Assembly: GCA_020891255.1 (NCBI GenBank)
Contig: BQFW01000002.1
Coordinates: 1,984,001 to 2,048,000, forward strand
DNA length: 64,000 nt
Direction: 5' to 3'
Source of the DNA: Entomortierella parvispora E1425
Taxonomy: Eukaryota; Fungi; Mortierellomycota
Shown piece by piece: positions 11,164-23,300 of the stretch (position 1 is the stretch's first letter; every line of letters begins with the position of its first letter). Made by a program: the position numbers and the translations under genes. Below the pieces are notes generated by a model. The model was not told the origin of the DNA and did no database searches. It was given only the letters and a program-made list of their open reading frames with translations.

Positions 11164-14100
11164 TCAAGAACTCATGGAAGCAACAGTGTCCGGTCCAGGC
11201 GCCACGCCATCCTGGGGTGGTGCTGGCATGGTCAGGGTTCGGCCACGAAGTTTCCTGAACTTGACATTATCGCGTCTCTCAATCTCCACATCCTCCTTGG
11301 CCGTGAGCTCCTCCACGGTCTTTTCGCCGACGGTATACCGGATCACCTCCTTGGGTGGCGGAGTTGGCTCTGGCGGCACAGCTGGGAGGGAACCACGACG
11401 GGCAGCTGACTTGGCAGGTGTTGCTTTCTCTTTACCGGACGAGGCTCCTGCAACTGGCGAAGTTGGGCTCGTGGGCGAACACGCAGTGATCGAGACAGAC
11501 TTGCGTCTCTTGGTCACCTTTGTATCAGACACTGGTTCGGATTTGACTGCAGCATCAATGTCCTTTAGGGCGCCCTTGGTCTTCTTGCTAGCCGTGCTAG
11601 TGGAGGCAGCAGCTTTGACTCCTTTAGCCTTTGTAGGAACAGCCACTGCCGCCGCTGATGCTGCAGCCTCGGCCCCTTTCTTGCCTTTCGAAGCTCCGGC
11701 TGCCTTGGTTGTCTTGGCAGGCTCTGCTTTAACCTTGGACGTCTTGCTCAAGGTAGCTGTTGTCGATTTGGCCTTGGCTCCCTCCTTCTTAACAGCAGCA
11801 GTGCCCTTGGCGGCCTTGGCTGTCGTAGGAGAGTCGATCGATTGGGCGGTGGACTTTGCCTTTTTAGCACCTTCTTTGTGGCCAGGTTTGCTGGTTTGTT
11901 CGTGAAGGTTGAGAAGAGCAGGGCTTACTTTGGGGGCAATATTTGGGCCAGGAGGATAGATCCGAAGATTACCACGAATAATTGGCGCTACAGACGCAGA
12001 TTTCGAGGCATTAGCACCCTTTGGTTGAATAGCCCTTGGCTTGGGATGTCTAACTTCATCTTCATTCTCCTCCATATCCTCGTCTTCCTCTTCAACTTCA
12101 GAATCGGCAGCATCTTTAAGGTTAGCGGACTTTCGACTACCAGCTCCTTCGATTTTGACTTTCTTGGGCATGCCACTCCTTGGCATAGGACCCACAGGAT
12201 CCGGCATACGGATGGTTGTGGCAACGTGAGGTCGCTTCTGGCCATGGGTAGTCGTCGATTTTCGTGCAGTAGAACTGGATCCAGTTGTGCCTCCATATGG
12301 TGTGGTCGAGACTGTCAAGGCAGTGTCGGCCAAAAACATGAGCGCCTCTTCCATATCCGACGAATGAGTGTGGTGATGATGGCCAGCATTGGTACCATGA
12401 TGATCAGCCATGGCTGGAGAGCCCTCAGAGCCCGAGTGATGACTGTCATCGGACGAGTCACAATCTTCGCAGTTCCAGCTGTATCCACTATAGAATTGAA
12501 GAAGAAAAAGCCAAACACCGTCAGTTCGCCACATCCATTCAAAAGATGTAAAAAGGGCAAGATGTGAAAGTGAGTCTCTTACCGAGGTGGCACTCGTGCC
12601 ATCGGTGGATCAAGGCACTTCGGATGGTAGGGGCGTTGGCAAGTGTCGCAGGTGACCATTCGATTCAGGACTTTAATGGCCATAGGCGTCAGCATACCAT
12701 CAGAATCACGTTCAAGCGCCAGCTTCTCCTCGGGCAGAGTGAGCTGATGGCATACTGTACAGGGGAGAATAGGTCTTGGAGCTTTTGCCTGATAATGGTT
12801 TGATGAGGCGCCAGGGTACCCGTGCGATGTTGAATAAGCAGCTGAGCCATAGTCGCCACCGGGATGATATCCGTATTGTTGCTGCTGACGCTGAACACCT
12901 TGATTCTGCGATGAATATGAAATGTCGTCGTGATCTGGATAGTCGCGCTTGATTAGCCTTCCTCGGCTGGACGTGAAAACGACAGGTATTTGGCCCTTGC
13001 TGGTCAGCACCGGCTTGGGATGGACCTTCTTTGACTTTGCGTTCTTTCCGTGACCAGTCGTGGACGACGCAGGGTTGGAGGTTGCTTTGGAGCCCTTCTT
13101 GGCCATCTTACTGTAAACACCTTTAGAGGACCGGCCCTGTCGCTGACCGCCCTCGCTGTCGTCAAAGCCAGAGTCGATGGGACCATGGACACCGTTAGCG
13201 AAGTGGACTCCTCCTGACTGACCGAAAGGATAATCGCAACCCAGCGAGTTAAAGTCGATGGTTTGGATGATATCCTGGATGCTACTCTTCCATCGGGAGG
13301 TATCCGGCAGCGAATTGTACCAGGACAGGGTCGTATCGATAGAGAGCGGAGTCTCTCCTACCAACTCTTCAGAAGAGACACTCTCGAGGTAGTTGGCGCA
13401 CTCGAGCAGACTGGAAAGCAGGTTGCGGGTGTAGGTCTCGATTCTCATTCGCTCTTGCAGCGCTTGCTCGGCTTTTGAAGAAACCACCTCCAGTCTGGAC
13501 CGAGTCTTCTCAATCTTATTTTCCAGGTAATACCCAATAGAGTACTGTCGAGAAAGCTCACTGCGCTCGCGAGCAATCCTCCGTTCCCTTGCCTGTTTAA
13601 AACGAGAATAAGTGTGCTCAAAGAGCTCGACCAGGCCTTCGCCACTCTCGTCCAGTTCATCATAGTTGCTTTGGTCAGGCTGCCGTTGGAGTCGCTGCTG
13701 TTGTAAATCAATAAGTCGTTGTGTCCGCTTTCGCCCTTGGTCCAATTGCCATTGACTCAGGAATGCATCTCGTTGCTTGACCCACTTGGCCCAGCCGTTG
13801 AGCTTGGCCTGGCCGTCTGTAGACCCGTGCTGCTTACAGTACATGAAGTAAGGGTCGGCCATATCCGAATCCTCAAGCGTCTCCAGGAGCGAATAGGATT
13901 GAGCACATGTAACGTGAAATGACTTTCTGCACTGTCCAGCGTCGCACTGTACACAAGCACCCAACGCTCCATCCACAGGGTCTTTACACATATAACAGGT
14001 CTAGTGTCACAGTGAAACCGAATGTTAACATTGAATAAAGTCTCCGCAGATTGACAGCAAGGGCGATCCTTGTAAGATAGCTGGTCTCGTTCTTACCAGA

Positions 14101-15788
14101 TTCCAGTTCTTCTCGGGTATGTCGCGCACAGAGATCCTGTCTACGTTGTCTGGGTCGCCCAGTGTTGTCTCTGGCAGCCAAAGTGCGCACACAACGTGGA
14201 CCCATCCACCGCTTGGGTCTTCTGGAATCAGTCGTCGGAAAGCACCATCTTTGGATGGGCAGCACACGCACGACTAAGAATAGGAAGGGAGGGGGAGGAA
14301 CAAAAAAGTAAGAAGACGTCAGTCAATTCACTGGTGTCAGGAGAACCTTAACTTTTTTTTTTTTTTTTTTTTTTGGATGGAAATTGAAGTGAACCAATAT
14401 GTTGTCGGCAGTTGCTTGCAGCGGAAAAACTGGGATGCTTACCACCACTTCTTCGGGAGGGGCCTTGCAGCGATCACACAGCCAAGGCTCGCTCTCGGAC
14501 GGGAGTGTCTTGACACCATAGCAGGCTTGGTGAACACAAAGGGCGCAGTCGAGGGTGTCGCAGTAGACAAAGACGTTGTCCGCCTCAGTAGATCGGCCCA
14601 GACACACGCAGCATACCTCAGGATCATTATCTTTCTATTGATGTTTGTGATACCATAGGAATTACGAATAGGAGTTAGAGACAGCCTGAGGTGGGTACAA
14701 GGGGGCAAGGCCAGAAAAGGGATGTTGAGAGGGAGGGAGCGAGAAGGGGGTAAGAAAAAAGAACCTACCCATTGCCAAAGGACCGTCAGGAGGTCCTGCT
14801 CGTCAATCATGGCTTCCTGTTGGTCGGGCTTGATCTCGTCTTCGCTGGCAGCATCCTCTGGCATGATCATGTCCTCGTCTTCGTCATTGCTGTCCATCTT
14901 TGTGTCCTCAAAGTCAGAGTCGTCCTCGTCAGCACCGAGGTCCATGGGTATCTCGCTCACCGACTTTGTCCTGATCTTTCGTTTCCCAGGATCACGGTCG
15001 GCGACTGCGGGCGAGATTGGGTTACCCAAACAGGGGATAGTCCGCGAAATGAGGCCATTTCCAAGAAGGGAGCGGAGAGGTGGAGTGGGAAATAATATAT
15101 CACAAAAAGTATCATGGCATCATGGTTAGTGAGGGTCCGTCCATGGTTGGATTACAGAGCAATATAGACATTCGACGGGAAGAGAAAAAAAGAAAAAAGA
15201 AAAAAACAACAAAAACAAAAAAAGTTTTCCACCTCTCTTACAGATCTTTTGGAAAAGGCTGGCAGTGTCGTTTTCGCCCTTCTTGGATGTGTCAGTCTTT
15301 GCTTTCTTCTTGGCTGGCATTCCAGCTACCTCCCTGGCGACAGGTGCCAAGGGGTTGGGAGGAATATCGACACTGACATGGCGGCTCATCCGCTTGAGTC
15401 GTCCGTCGTTCAAATCCCCAGGAACCAGAGCGATCTCTGCGTCTTTTGATCCGTTCTCTGTCTGATCTGGGTGTTGCTCGAAGGCCATAAACGAGTCTTG
15501 GTTTGCAAAGTTGGTGTGATTCTGTCCATGTTCCTCGAGAGGTGTCGGTAGCAGTGGGTATGGCGGACTATGGTATGACTGTCCATTGTGGTAGGGCTGG
15601 TTGTGAAGTTGGTGGTGGCTATATTCCTGCTGTTGAAGGTGGTGGTGATGCTGGTGGACAGACCCCATGTCCAGGGATAGACGGTCTGATCGGGTATCCG
15701 CACTCGAGTCTGGCGTCATCATGGTTGGTGTCCTGGCACTGTTGAACTCTTGCGGAAATGCGGCGGGGTAGTGTTGGGGTGGGACCAT
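11164..15788 (-). CDS. PHD-finger chromatin reader with a PZP module (PHD, Zn-knuckle, ePHD), coiled coil, a further PHD and a Lys/Ala-rich tail (PHF14/AF10/BRPF-like)
   Basis: CCVCLG..YCDTLDCALCVHQACYG..WLCDRC; CVCCPSKDGAFRR..WVHVVCALW; CVQCDAGQCRKSFHVTCA..YCKQH; CTVC..TCDTCQRPYHPKCLDPP..|YSWNCEDC. Exons correspond to ORFs 15126..15788, 14439..15029, 14323..14607, 14025..14267, 12579..13991 and 11164..12534. Confidence 0.88.
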
Positions 15789-18066
15789 GGCTCTCTGTGC
15801 CTGTGTTCTCGTGCGTTGCGCTCTGTGGTAAGAACTCTTTTTTTCTTCTTTTTATCTCTCTCTGTTCGCTCTATTCTTATTCAGAGGTCAGAAGGGCGAC
15901 ACAGTCGGGAGGACCGAACTGAAAGGGCAACAATGGCAGGACGGAATGGTTCTCTCGGCTATACAACAGTTTTTTGCAGAAGAGTAAGGTCCCGATTCAT
16001 GAACCACGACCAGATATCGTCATTGACAAACAATGAGAACAGAAAAAGAAGCATGCGCGTTAGTGGACAGTGTAACAAAGGCCCCGTTGCCGCCATGGAT
16101 CCAAGCGTTTGATTCCTTCCATACCCAGCCTGACAGTCTTGACAAACACACACCCCACACCAGAACCAGAGCGGCGTCGCTGGTATTTCCACGGTGCTGA
16201 ATGGTGCGAACAACGAGGGACTTGTCGACGGGAGCGAATGGGCTGATTGCAAGGGTGAGTTGCTTCTTTTTGTGATGCAAAGGGGCGAGTTGAAAAGAGA
16301 ATGTGAATGAAGCGAAGCGAAAAGAGAACAAGGTCAAGTCTTTGTTTGTCGTCGGCGGAGAAGGAAGGAAGAGGGGGAGGAAGGAAGGGAGAAGAGGAAG
16401 ACGAAAAGTGGGTAAAAGAAAAGAGAACAAGAAAGAAAGAAAAAAAAAACGAAGAAAGCCAACAAAAAGAAGGATTCAAAAAAAAGAAAAAAAAAAGAAA
16501 GAACCAATCACCCACATGCAATTCGCACAGAGTTGCGTACTAATCCCATGGACAGAGCCTTCCTGTCTCTTTCTTCCCACATCCCTAGCCTCTCGTCTTT
16601 TTCAGGGACCGCAGGGCTCATTCTGTTTTGCTGGATACTTGCCACTGTCTATCTCTTTCTCCATCTCCTCTCGTTCTTCTCGAGACCACTCCATGGACAG
16701 CGGAAAGGGGCGGGGTAGGTGTGGATGTGGATCTGGACGGACGGGCGGGACCGAAAAAGGGCCCAAATGCTCGCGACAACCTGGACTTTTTGCCCCCTTC
16801 TTCTTTTTTCTTTCTTTGCCCCTCCCATCCTTTTGTTCCTTTCTTCCCACCTTGTGCACACACCAAGGACACAAAAAGAAAATGGACACAAAAAAAAAAA
16901 ACATTGACAGCATTGGGCGCTGCTTCGGAGGAAGGGGCGAATGCACGCACGCATTCGCCCACTTCGCACACGACTCCCGTTTGCAGGAAGAATTTTTTTT
17001 CTTTTTGGTGGATGTTTCTTTCAAGTTTACTTCTTTCCTTCCTCTTTCTTTCTTTTTACCGATGCTCTTCCCCTCCTCTCCTCACGCAGTCCTATCTCCC
17101 CTTCCAGCTGGCTTTATTCCGACTCTTGCTACCACGAACTCCTTATTCTCTTGACTCAAGTGTCGGTGCCAAAACGACCCAAGACATTGAACATCCAAGG
17201 AACTTATCTAGAGACAGTGGACTTCCATTGGACGACAATCACAGACTCGCCGATTTGAAAAGCACGCACAACAGGAACCACCCTCCATAGCGGCTCTACC
17301 AACCACCTCTAATATCGTCAGGGGACCCATGGAGCCAGCAAGGTGCCCATGACGCCATAGCCTGGACTTTGTCTCTTTTTTCTTTTTAGTTTTTTGTACT
17401 CCTCTTGGAGCCTGATCACAACCTTTATTTTGTTCAGGACCAGACAAAGGTTTGCTGAACGATGAGCGTTTCACGTCTGGACACATGAACAGTGCAGCGG
17501 GGGGAAGTTCACAAGTCCAGGGTCAGGAAATACTCGTTCATTCTTACTGGGCAAAGTTCGACAACAAGGTACACCGCAGCGGTCTGTCCTGCGCTCGCTC
17601 GCTCGGGATTTGTTACCCGAACTATCCTTGTCCTCCCTGCACCCAATTGTTTTTTTGTGCTTCTGAACACAAGCAAAAAAAAAAAAAGGGAGGACCAAAA
17701 AAGGGGCGGGGGGCGGGGGGAAGACCAGGGGCTACGAACTGATGTCAACACTTTTAGCAGAACAACGACAAACGCGTCCTATTTTGGTAGGTCGCGTGAA
17801 ATTGAGGACGCGTCCTAACAATGCTTGAACAATGAAAATTTGTCAACAAATGATCTCCATTGCTGCCAGTATATGGCTTGCCGTTCGTCGATGACTCGTG
17901 GTAACTCAAAAGCCATTTTTCCTCTCTTTACAATGATAATAAAACAATGGCCACTGCATCGTATTTCTCAGCATACTTTGAAAGATTATCCCTTGCCCGT
18001 TTGTCCATCCATCCTACCCTACTATCCAACATTTTCCCTATGTAGAAGTAAAATGAACAAGGACTA

Positions 18067-18598
18067 TCCAGAAGATACTATATATATCAAAAGCAAAGTA
18101 GTCCTGCCCGTGGCCACCCATTTGTAAACGAGTCCCCCAACTATTTTGCGCGTGAGGGGCTGAAAGCCCGAACTGAGCCTCCGGAAGGAGGCGCGCCAAA
18201 ATCACCAGGGAGCTGACTGCTGCCCTCATTCATTGCGTGATGTCGTTTGGGGAGTTTGTAGGTAAGTGAAGAGCGAATATCAGGAGGAAAAAAAAAAAAA
18301 AAAAGAATCGACCGTTGACCATGCTGGCTTTCCTTCTCACCGATTATGTCCCTCCTCTGCCGCTCCACTCTTTCCTCAATTCCAGATCTACTGGCACCAC
18401 AAAGCGATGCGTATAAAACCTACACGGAGTAGGACTGTATCTTCCTCCAACAGTATTTGCTACGGTCAGCTATATGTCGCCCCTTGCGATCCTGATCGAG
18501 AATGGCCACATCAATATTGTCTACGGGAGACTTTTGACCAAGTAAAACAAAAAAACCAATTATCTTTCCGTGGCATATGCCACGGGCAGACACGCTAG
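18067..18598 (+). mobile_element. Non-autonomous Helitron-like element (~530 bp); 5' end approximate (18067-18076)
   Basis: 3' palindrome CCGTGGCATATGCCACGG (18568-18585) ends 13 nt before a CTAG|T terminus. AT-rich 5' region (A|TCCAGAAGATACTATATATAT). An 11-bp subterminal inverted repeat, CTGCCCGTGGC near 18103, pairs with GCCACGGGCAG at 18580-18590. Confidence 0.7.
18272..18564. repeat. Dispersed ~300-bp repeat, copy A (copy B 46144-46451; 24-bp fragment 46998-47021)
   Basis: Alignment by eye: both copies run AGCGAATATC-poly(A)-GAATC..GTTGACCATGCTGG..CACATCAATATTGTC(T/C)ACGGGAGACTTTTGACC..A-tract-CAATTATC; roughly 85% identical, same orientation. Confidence 0.9.
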
Positions 18599-18657
18599 TC
18601 AGGTCAGGCAAAAAGCTTGATCCCCTTGACTCTCAGAGAGAGGATCTGCAAAAGATA

Positions 18658-18729
18658 TGCCCACAGCAGGGATCGAACCTGCTACCTTCTGCTTACTAGG
18701 CAGACGCTCTACCAATGAGCTATGCGGGC
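18658..18729 (-). tRNA. tRNA-Thr(AGT)
   Basis: GCCCGCA/TGTGGGC acceptor stem, A-box TAGCTCATTGG, anticodon arm TCTGC-CTAGTAA-GCAGA, T-loop GGTTCGATCC, followed by a TTTT terminator. Confidence 0.97.
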
Positions 18730-18797
18730 CGTGTTTGGCCAATTTGATGTCCGGGAGGTTTTTGGGTTGTTCTTATATCAAAGACAGCAAATGAAGA

Positions 18798-18807
18798 TCA
18801 CGTGATA
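18798..18807. promoter_or_regulatory. Palindromic E-box ATCACGTGAT about 70-77 nt upstream of tRNA-Thr
   Basis: Exact 10-bp palindrome; the same motif occurs at a similar offset upstream of the other two tRNA genes. Confidence 0.5.
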
Positions 18808-18954
18808 GTGGTATAAATGTAAATATACTAAGCCACTATTCATGTCGTTTTTGGTAATCTCGTAAAGCCAAGACAGGAGAGCACGACCAGGGCAGACTTG
18901 CGGGAGACGAATACACGGAATGTCCCCTTCTAGTTTCCGGAACAAACAGGAGCA

Positions 18955-19860
18955 TCATGACCAGCGAGAAATAGTATCCCCCAAAGCAACCAATAAACCC
19001 TTACGGAGAGTGTCGGTCGAAAAAAAAAAAAAAAAAAAAAAAGTTGGCCTCATTGTGGACGCGTAGGCGGCGACCTTCTTCGCTTCTAGTTTTACTTGCA
19101 TTTCATCAAACACGCCCTTGCAGTTTGTAGTGATGCTCAAGACCCAAGCTATGCCCTCAATGATAGGTTCATCGAAATCTTCGAAATGAAAGTCTTCCAC
19201 GTCGTTACGAGAAAAACTGTTTTATCCAGAGTGGGGGGATAAGTCGAAGATGATTCTGACGTTTCTCTGCCAGTTGAGGTGTTATATGAGAGCTCTTTCT
19301 GCTCGTGAATCATTGGTTTTGCATCATGGAGCCCTGTCCATCAACTTTGGTATGATCCTCCGACGATGAAGTCTCCAGGTCGTCCTGCGATTTTCCAGAA
19401 GCGATTCTTTCATCAATGAAGCCTCTACGTCGTCCAACGATTCCATATCTAACCCTTCCGTCGGATGAAGCCTCTACGTCGTCCTACGAACTGTATCTGA
19501 TTCTGCCATGTATGAAACTTCTACGCCGTCTTTGGTGGAGGGCGATCTTGTGTTCTTTTGTAAAAAAAAAAAGCTGCATTCGTACATCGAGTCTGTTTCT
19601 TGAAGTGGATTTCCCTCATGATTCTGGGCTTGGACATAGAGTGAACCTTGGCTACGTAGTCCTTCCTTGAGCCAAAGGGATTGCATGTTGGTTTGCGTCT
19701 TTCTTTTTGATCGAGTTGTATTTCGCCAGAACAGGACTCCTTTTTTGGATTCTGCTCTGCTCCGTGTCTTTCTTCTGCAAAGCAACAAGCCCTGGGGATG
19801 CGCGGTTCATGTTGTTTAGGGTAGTCTGCACTGATAACTGATGAAGCCTCAACGTCGTCC
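18955..19860 (-). pseudogene. Possible decayed coding relic with repeated DDVEAS-encoding 20-mers
   Basis: Broken minus-strand frames with several stops and frameshifts; four copies of ATGAAGCCTCTACGTCGTCC-like sequence; no recognisable family. Confidence 0.3.
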
Positions 19861-20385
19861 TAAGTCGAGTGGACCTGGTTTTTGATTGAATCGTATTGTC
19901 CTTGAAATCATTCTTTCACGACGACACGCTCTATTTTAATGTGTGTCTCAGTCAACCTTTTGTCCTTGTGGCGACAGCGATAGAGGAAAAGTCCTAGTCG
20001 TAGCGGCATAGGTATCAACAGCGACAGCAATCCATAAGGCGGCGGCAGCCCTGGTGGCAGTCCCTTTTGTAGAAACCGCGACAGGGGGTGTTGACTGACG
20101 TGCTTTCTAGGCCCTAAGGCCCTTGTCGCCCTCTTTTCCACGGAATGATGCTGGTGATGAGGAAAACGATGGAGAGATGAGGAGCACAAGGGTTGACGGG
20201 TGTTGATGGTGGCTTACGGGCAATGGTGCGGAGCCCAATTTCCATTTAGATGGGTCGAGAACAAGATAATATTTATGGCAACTGGGGACCCCCAGATGTA
20301 GCGAGTTTCACGTTTCTTCTCGCTGGTTTGAGTCTATGGTACAACATCCGGAGAGTTTCTTTTTTATGTCTTTCAATATGGCTGT

Positions 20386-23300
20386 TTAGATATATCCCGA
20401 TGGCGAGTATCCTCCTTCATTCTTGCCATCGCCATTGCCTCTACCTCTCGTGCTTCCTGAATTGGCTTGACTGGAGCCACGATCTGCGCTTCTATCGCTG
20501 TGTTGATTCTGCTTATTCTCTCGACGTGAATAATCGGGCGAGTCAGCTCCTAGTAAAGGTGTAAAGGCAACACCGGCTCCATTCCTGGATGTTGGCTGCT
20601 GTGAAGGTGACGGGGAAGGTGGACTACCTCGAAGAAGAGGTGAAGAAGGAGAGCTATAGGTCGCGTGGCTGTTCCTGTATCCGTTAGATCGCCTTTGTTG
20701 ATCCCGTTCTTGTTCTAAGCGGCTCTCCTCCATGGCCCGTTGAAGCTCATCCTCCTCTCTAGAACGAGACATCACGGCAGGATCGTAGTAAATTGGTGGT
20801 GGAGGCGATAGGCTCTGCATAGGATACGAGTGTTGCTGCGCTCCATGGGACGCGCCGTGGACTACCTCCACTCCATATGGAGGAGGGGAATATGGACCAG
20901 CGCCATTGGGGTTACTGGTAACGGCCCTAGCACCACCGTAGGTATAAGTGCCGCCTCTCAGAGGCCCTGCTCCTGGTGGTTTCTGCACCATCATTCTACG
21001 CTGTCGTCTGTTATCGAGGCAGCGAGCACAGCAACAACTCCAGATGCAGCAAAGAAGAATCAGGCCAATCAAACAGCCCACTGGAATCACGATGGCCAAA
21101 TGGTTCCTGGCCCAGTTCAAGACCCCCTTGATACCACTGCTGTATTTGCAATCTCCCTGTGAACAAGCGCCTCCAAAGCCACAGGGTGTACCATCGATAA
21201 AATAGGTTCCAGGAACTTGCATGCACGACAGTGAGTTACCGGAAGGATCATTGCACAGCAGATCGCAGGAGCTTGAAGCCCCGCAAGCCTTTGTGACGCC
21301 TGCCTGATCCTGTTGCTGGCATTGCAAATCACGGGAGGTGCAGACACCATTGGCACACTGAAGGCCAGTGACGTTTCCGGTTCCTTTGCATGGCGTTTCG
21401 TTCTCCAGACGAACATCGGGTGGGCAAGTCGCATTGGTGCCTGTGCAAACCTCCTGAACATCGCACTCTGAGATGGCTTGCCGACAGACCTGGCCAGCGG
21501 GTCTCAGCTGGCAATTCAAACAACAGCCGTCGTTCAAGTCATCACAGACAGCCGTTCCCTTGAGTTTGCAAGTCGTGCCATCACAACATGGATCCTGCGC
21601 ACAGTCATCCGCAGAGCCGCAATCACATTCTTCTCCTGCTTCTTTGAGTCCGTTGCCGCAGATGTTAGGCTGAGTGCTTACAGTGGTTTTAGTTCCTGGG
21701 GGTTGAAGACATTGGCCAGATGCACTCTGGATGGTATCACATATAGCACTGATACTGCAAGGAGAAAAGACTTTGGTCGCGACCTGTTCTGATGGGTTCA
21801 TGATAAACTGAGCCCCTGCGTCGCAAGTTGTGGCCGAAAGTGGACAACATTGACCATTCGGGTTGGGACAGAGCTGGCTAGTACAGTCATGAATGGCTCC
21901 AAAACCATGTCCAATCTCGTGCGCTACCACCATCCACTCGTTTGGGGTCACAGAAGAGATTCCAGTCCCGGCTGTATACTGAAGACCGGATCCTTTTCCT
22001 TGCTCTGAGGTCTTCATTTGACAGAGAGTCTTTGTCCAGGCAATGCCCACAATCGCGCCCGAGTTACATTTGGTCATCAAGTGCCAAAGACCTGCACCGT
22101 CACTGCTCTTTCCATCCTGTCCTCGCCAGAAACTAAAGTCACTCAGACGTTTGTCAATCGTATAGGCAGCCGAGCACTCTTGGTTCCATTCCATGCCTTT
22201 AACAGGTGTTGTGGGGCAATCGCTGGAGGTAATGTTAAGCGATATCACTCCCAGCGCGACGTTAAAGGTGCTTTCGTAAATTCCCGATGCAGTGTTAAAG
22301 TCAGCAAAAATCTGCTTTCGAGCCAGTGCCGGGCCACCATAATTGCTGACATATGTGCAATCTGCAGCCACGCCCTAGATACAAGAACCGAATACATGTC
22401 AATATTCTAGCAATTTATAAAACGCTTTAAGTCTTTTCCTTTGGACTTACCATGTAGTTGACCAGGCGATCAACAGGGCAGCCTTGGGGGACAGGATTGG
22501 GTCCTGCGACCTTGACTGCGACCTGACGTTTTGACAAGGGCGCCTTCAACACATCGGACCAGGAGGAACTCAAGTCAAGGTTACCACCATATCCTGAGAC
22601 GGGCAAGGTCAACGTCCTGTTTGGTGGGTAGTAGTATTCGAATGCATCAGTGTTGAATGGCTCTTGATTGACCAGACTGTGAGTCCCACAGGACTGTTGT
22701 TGGCCTTGAGGTTTTCCTTGATCGTCGCTCCTCCGCTTTTTCAACATGGCAGGTGTATTGTAAAGATCAGAGTCGCGATAAATGACAAGGCTCGACTGTG
22801 ACGAAGAAAAAGAGGAGGGAGTTGCATCGTCCGATCGTTTTTGTACTCGATAGTGCTGTCCTGTGTTGACATGGTAAACGTCCTCGCCGACCATGAATGC
22901 GCCCCGAAGAACCAGCCCATTGTTGAGCCTGTGTTGTCCACAAAACAGAGAAAATGAGAGATGAAATTAAAATCAGTTGGTCACAAAGATTAACACTGAG
23001 CAGAAAAACAACAGCGGTTTCTTGTTTTACCTGTCGGCGCCGCGGTTGACCGGGTTATCATCGTGCTCGATCATCATCCGCGCCCAGCCTTGCACACCCT
23101 CTTCGTGGAACATATGTTCAATCGTCCGCTTTTCCATCCGCGAGGTCGTCATGGCTCGGTTCCATTTACGGTCTGAATGGTATTGATCCTGGATAACAAC
23201 TCCTCGAAAGGCTTTGATTTCTTCCAGGTCCACATCCTCTCCCAGATTTGCCTCGGGATGAATGAAGTCATGGTTGGGCTCCAGGTACAAGTGAAACGTG

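Noticed and set aside
15800-17700. Many overlapping 60-280 aa ORFs
   Set aside because: They arise from purine/pyrimidine tracts and poly-A runs in low-complexity intergenic DNA.
18266-18598. Repeat as a protein-coding ORF (110 aa; 80 aa in copy B)
   Set aside because: Differences between copies are mostly non-synonymous and include frameshifts, so there is no sign of coding constraint.
19366-19484. CRISPR-like geometry (20-bp repeats, 29-30-bp spacers)
   Set aside because: Only three regularly spaced units, spacers partly similar to each other, no cas genes or leader, and a eukaryotic context.
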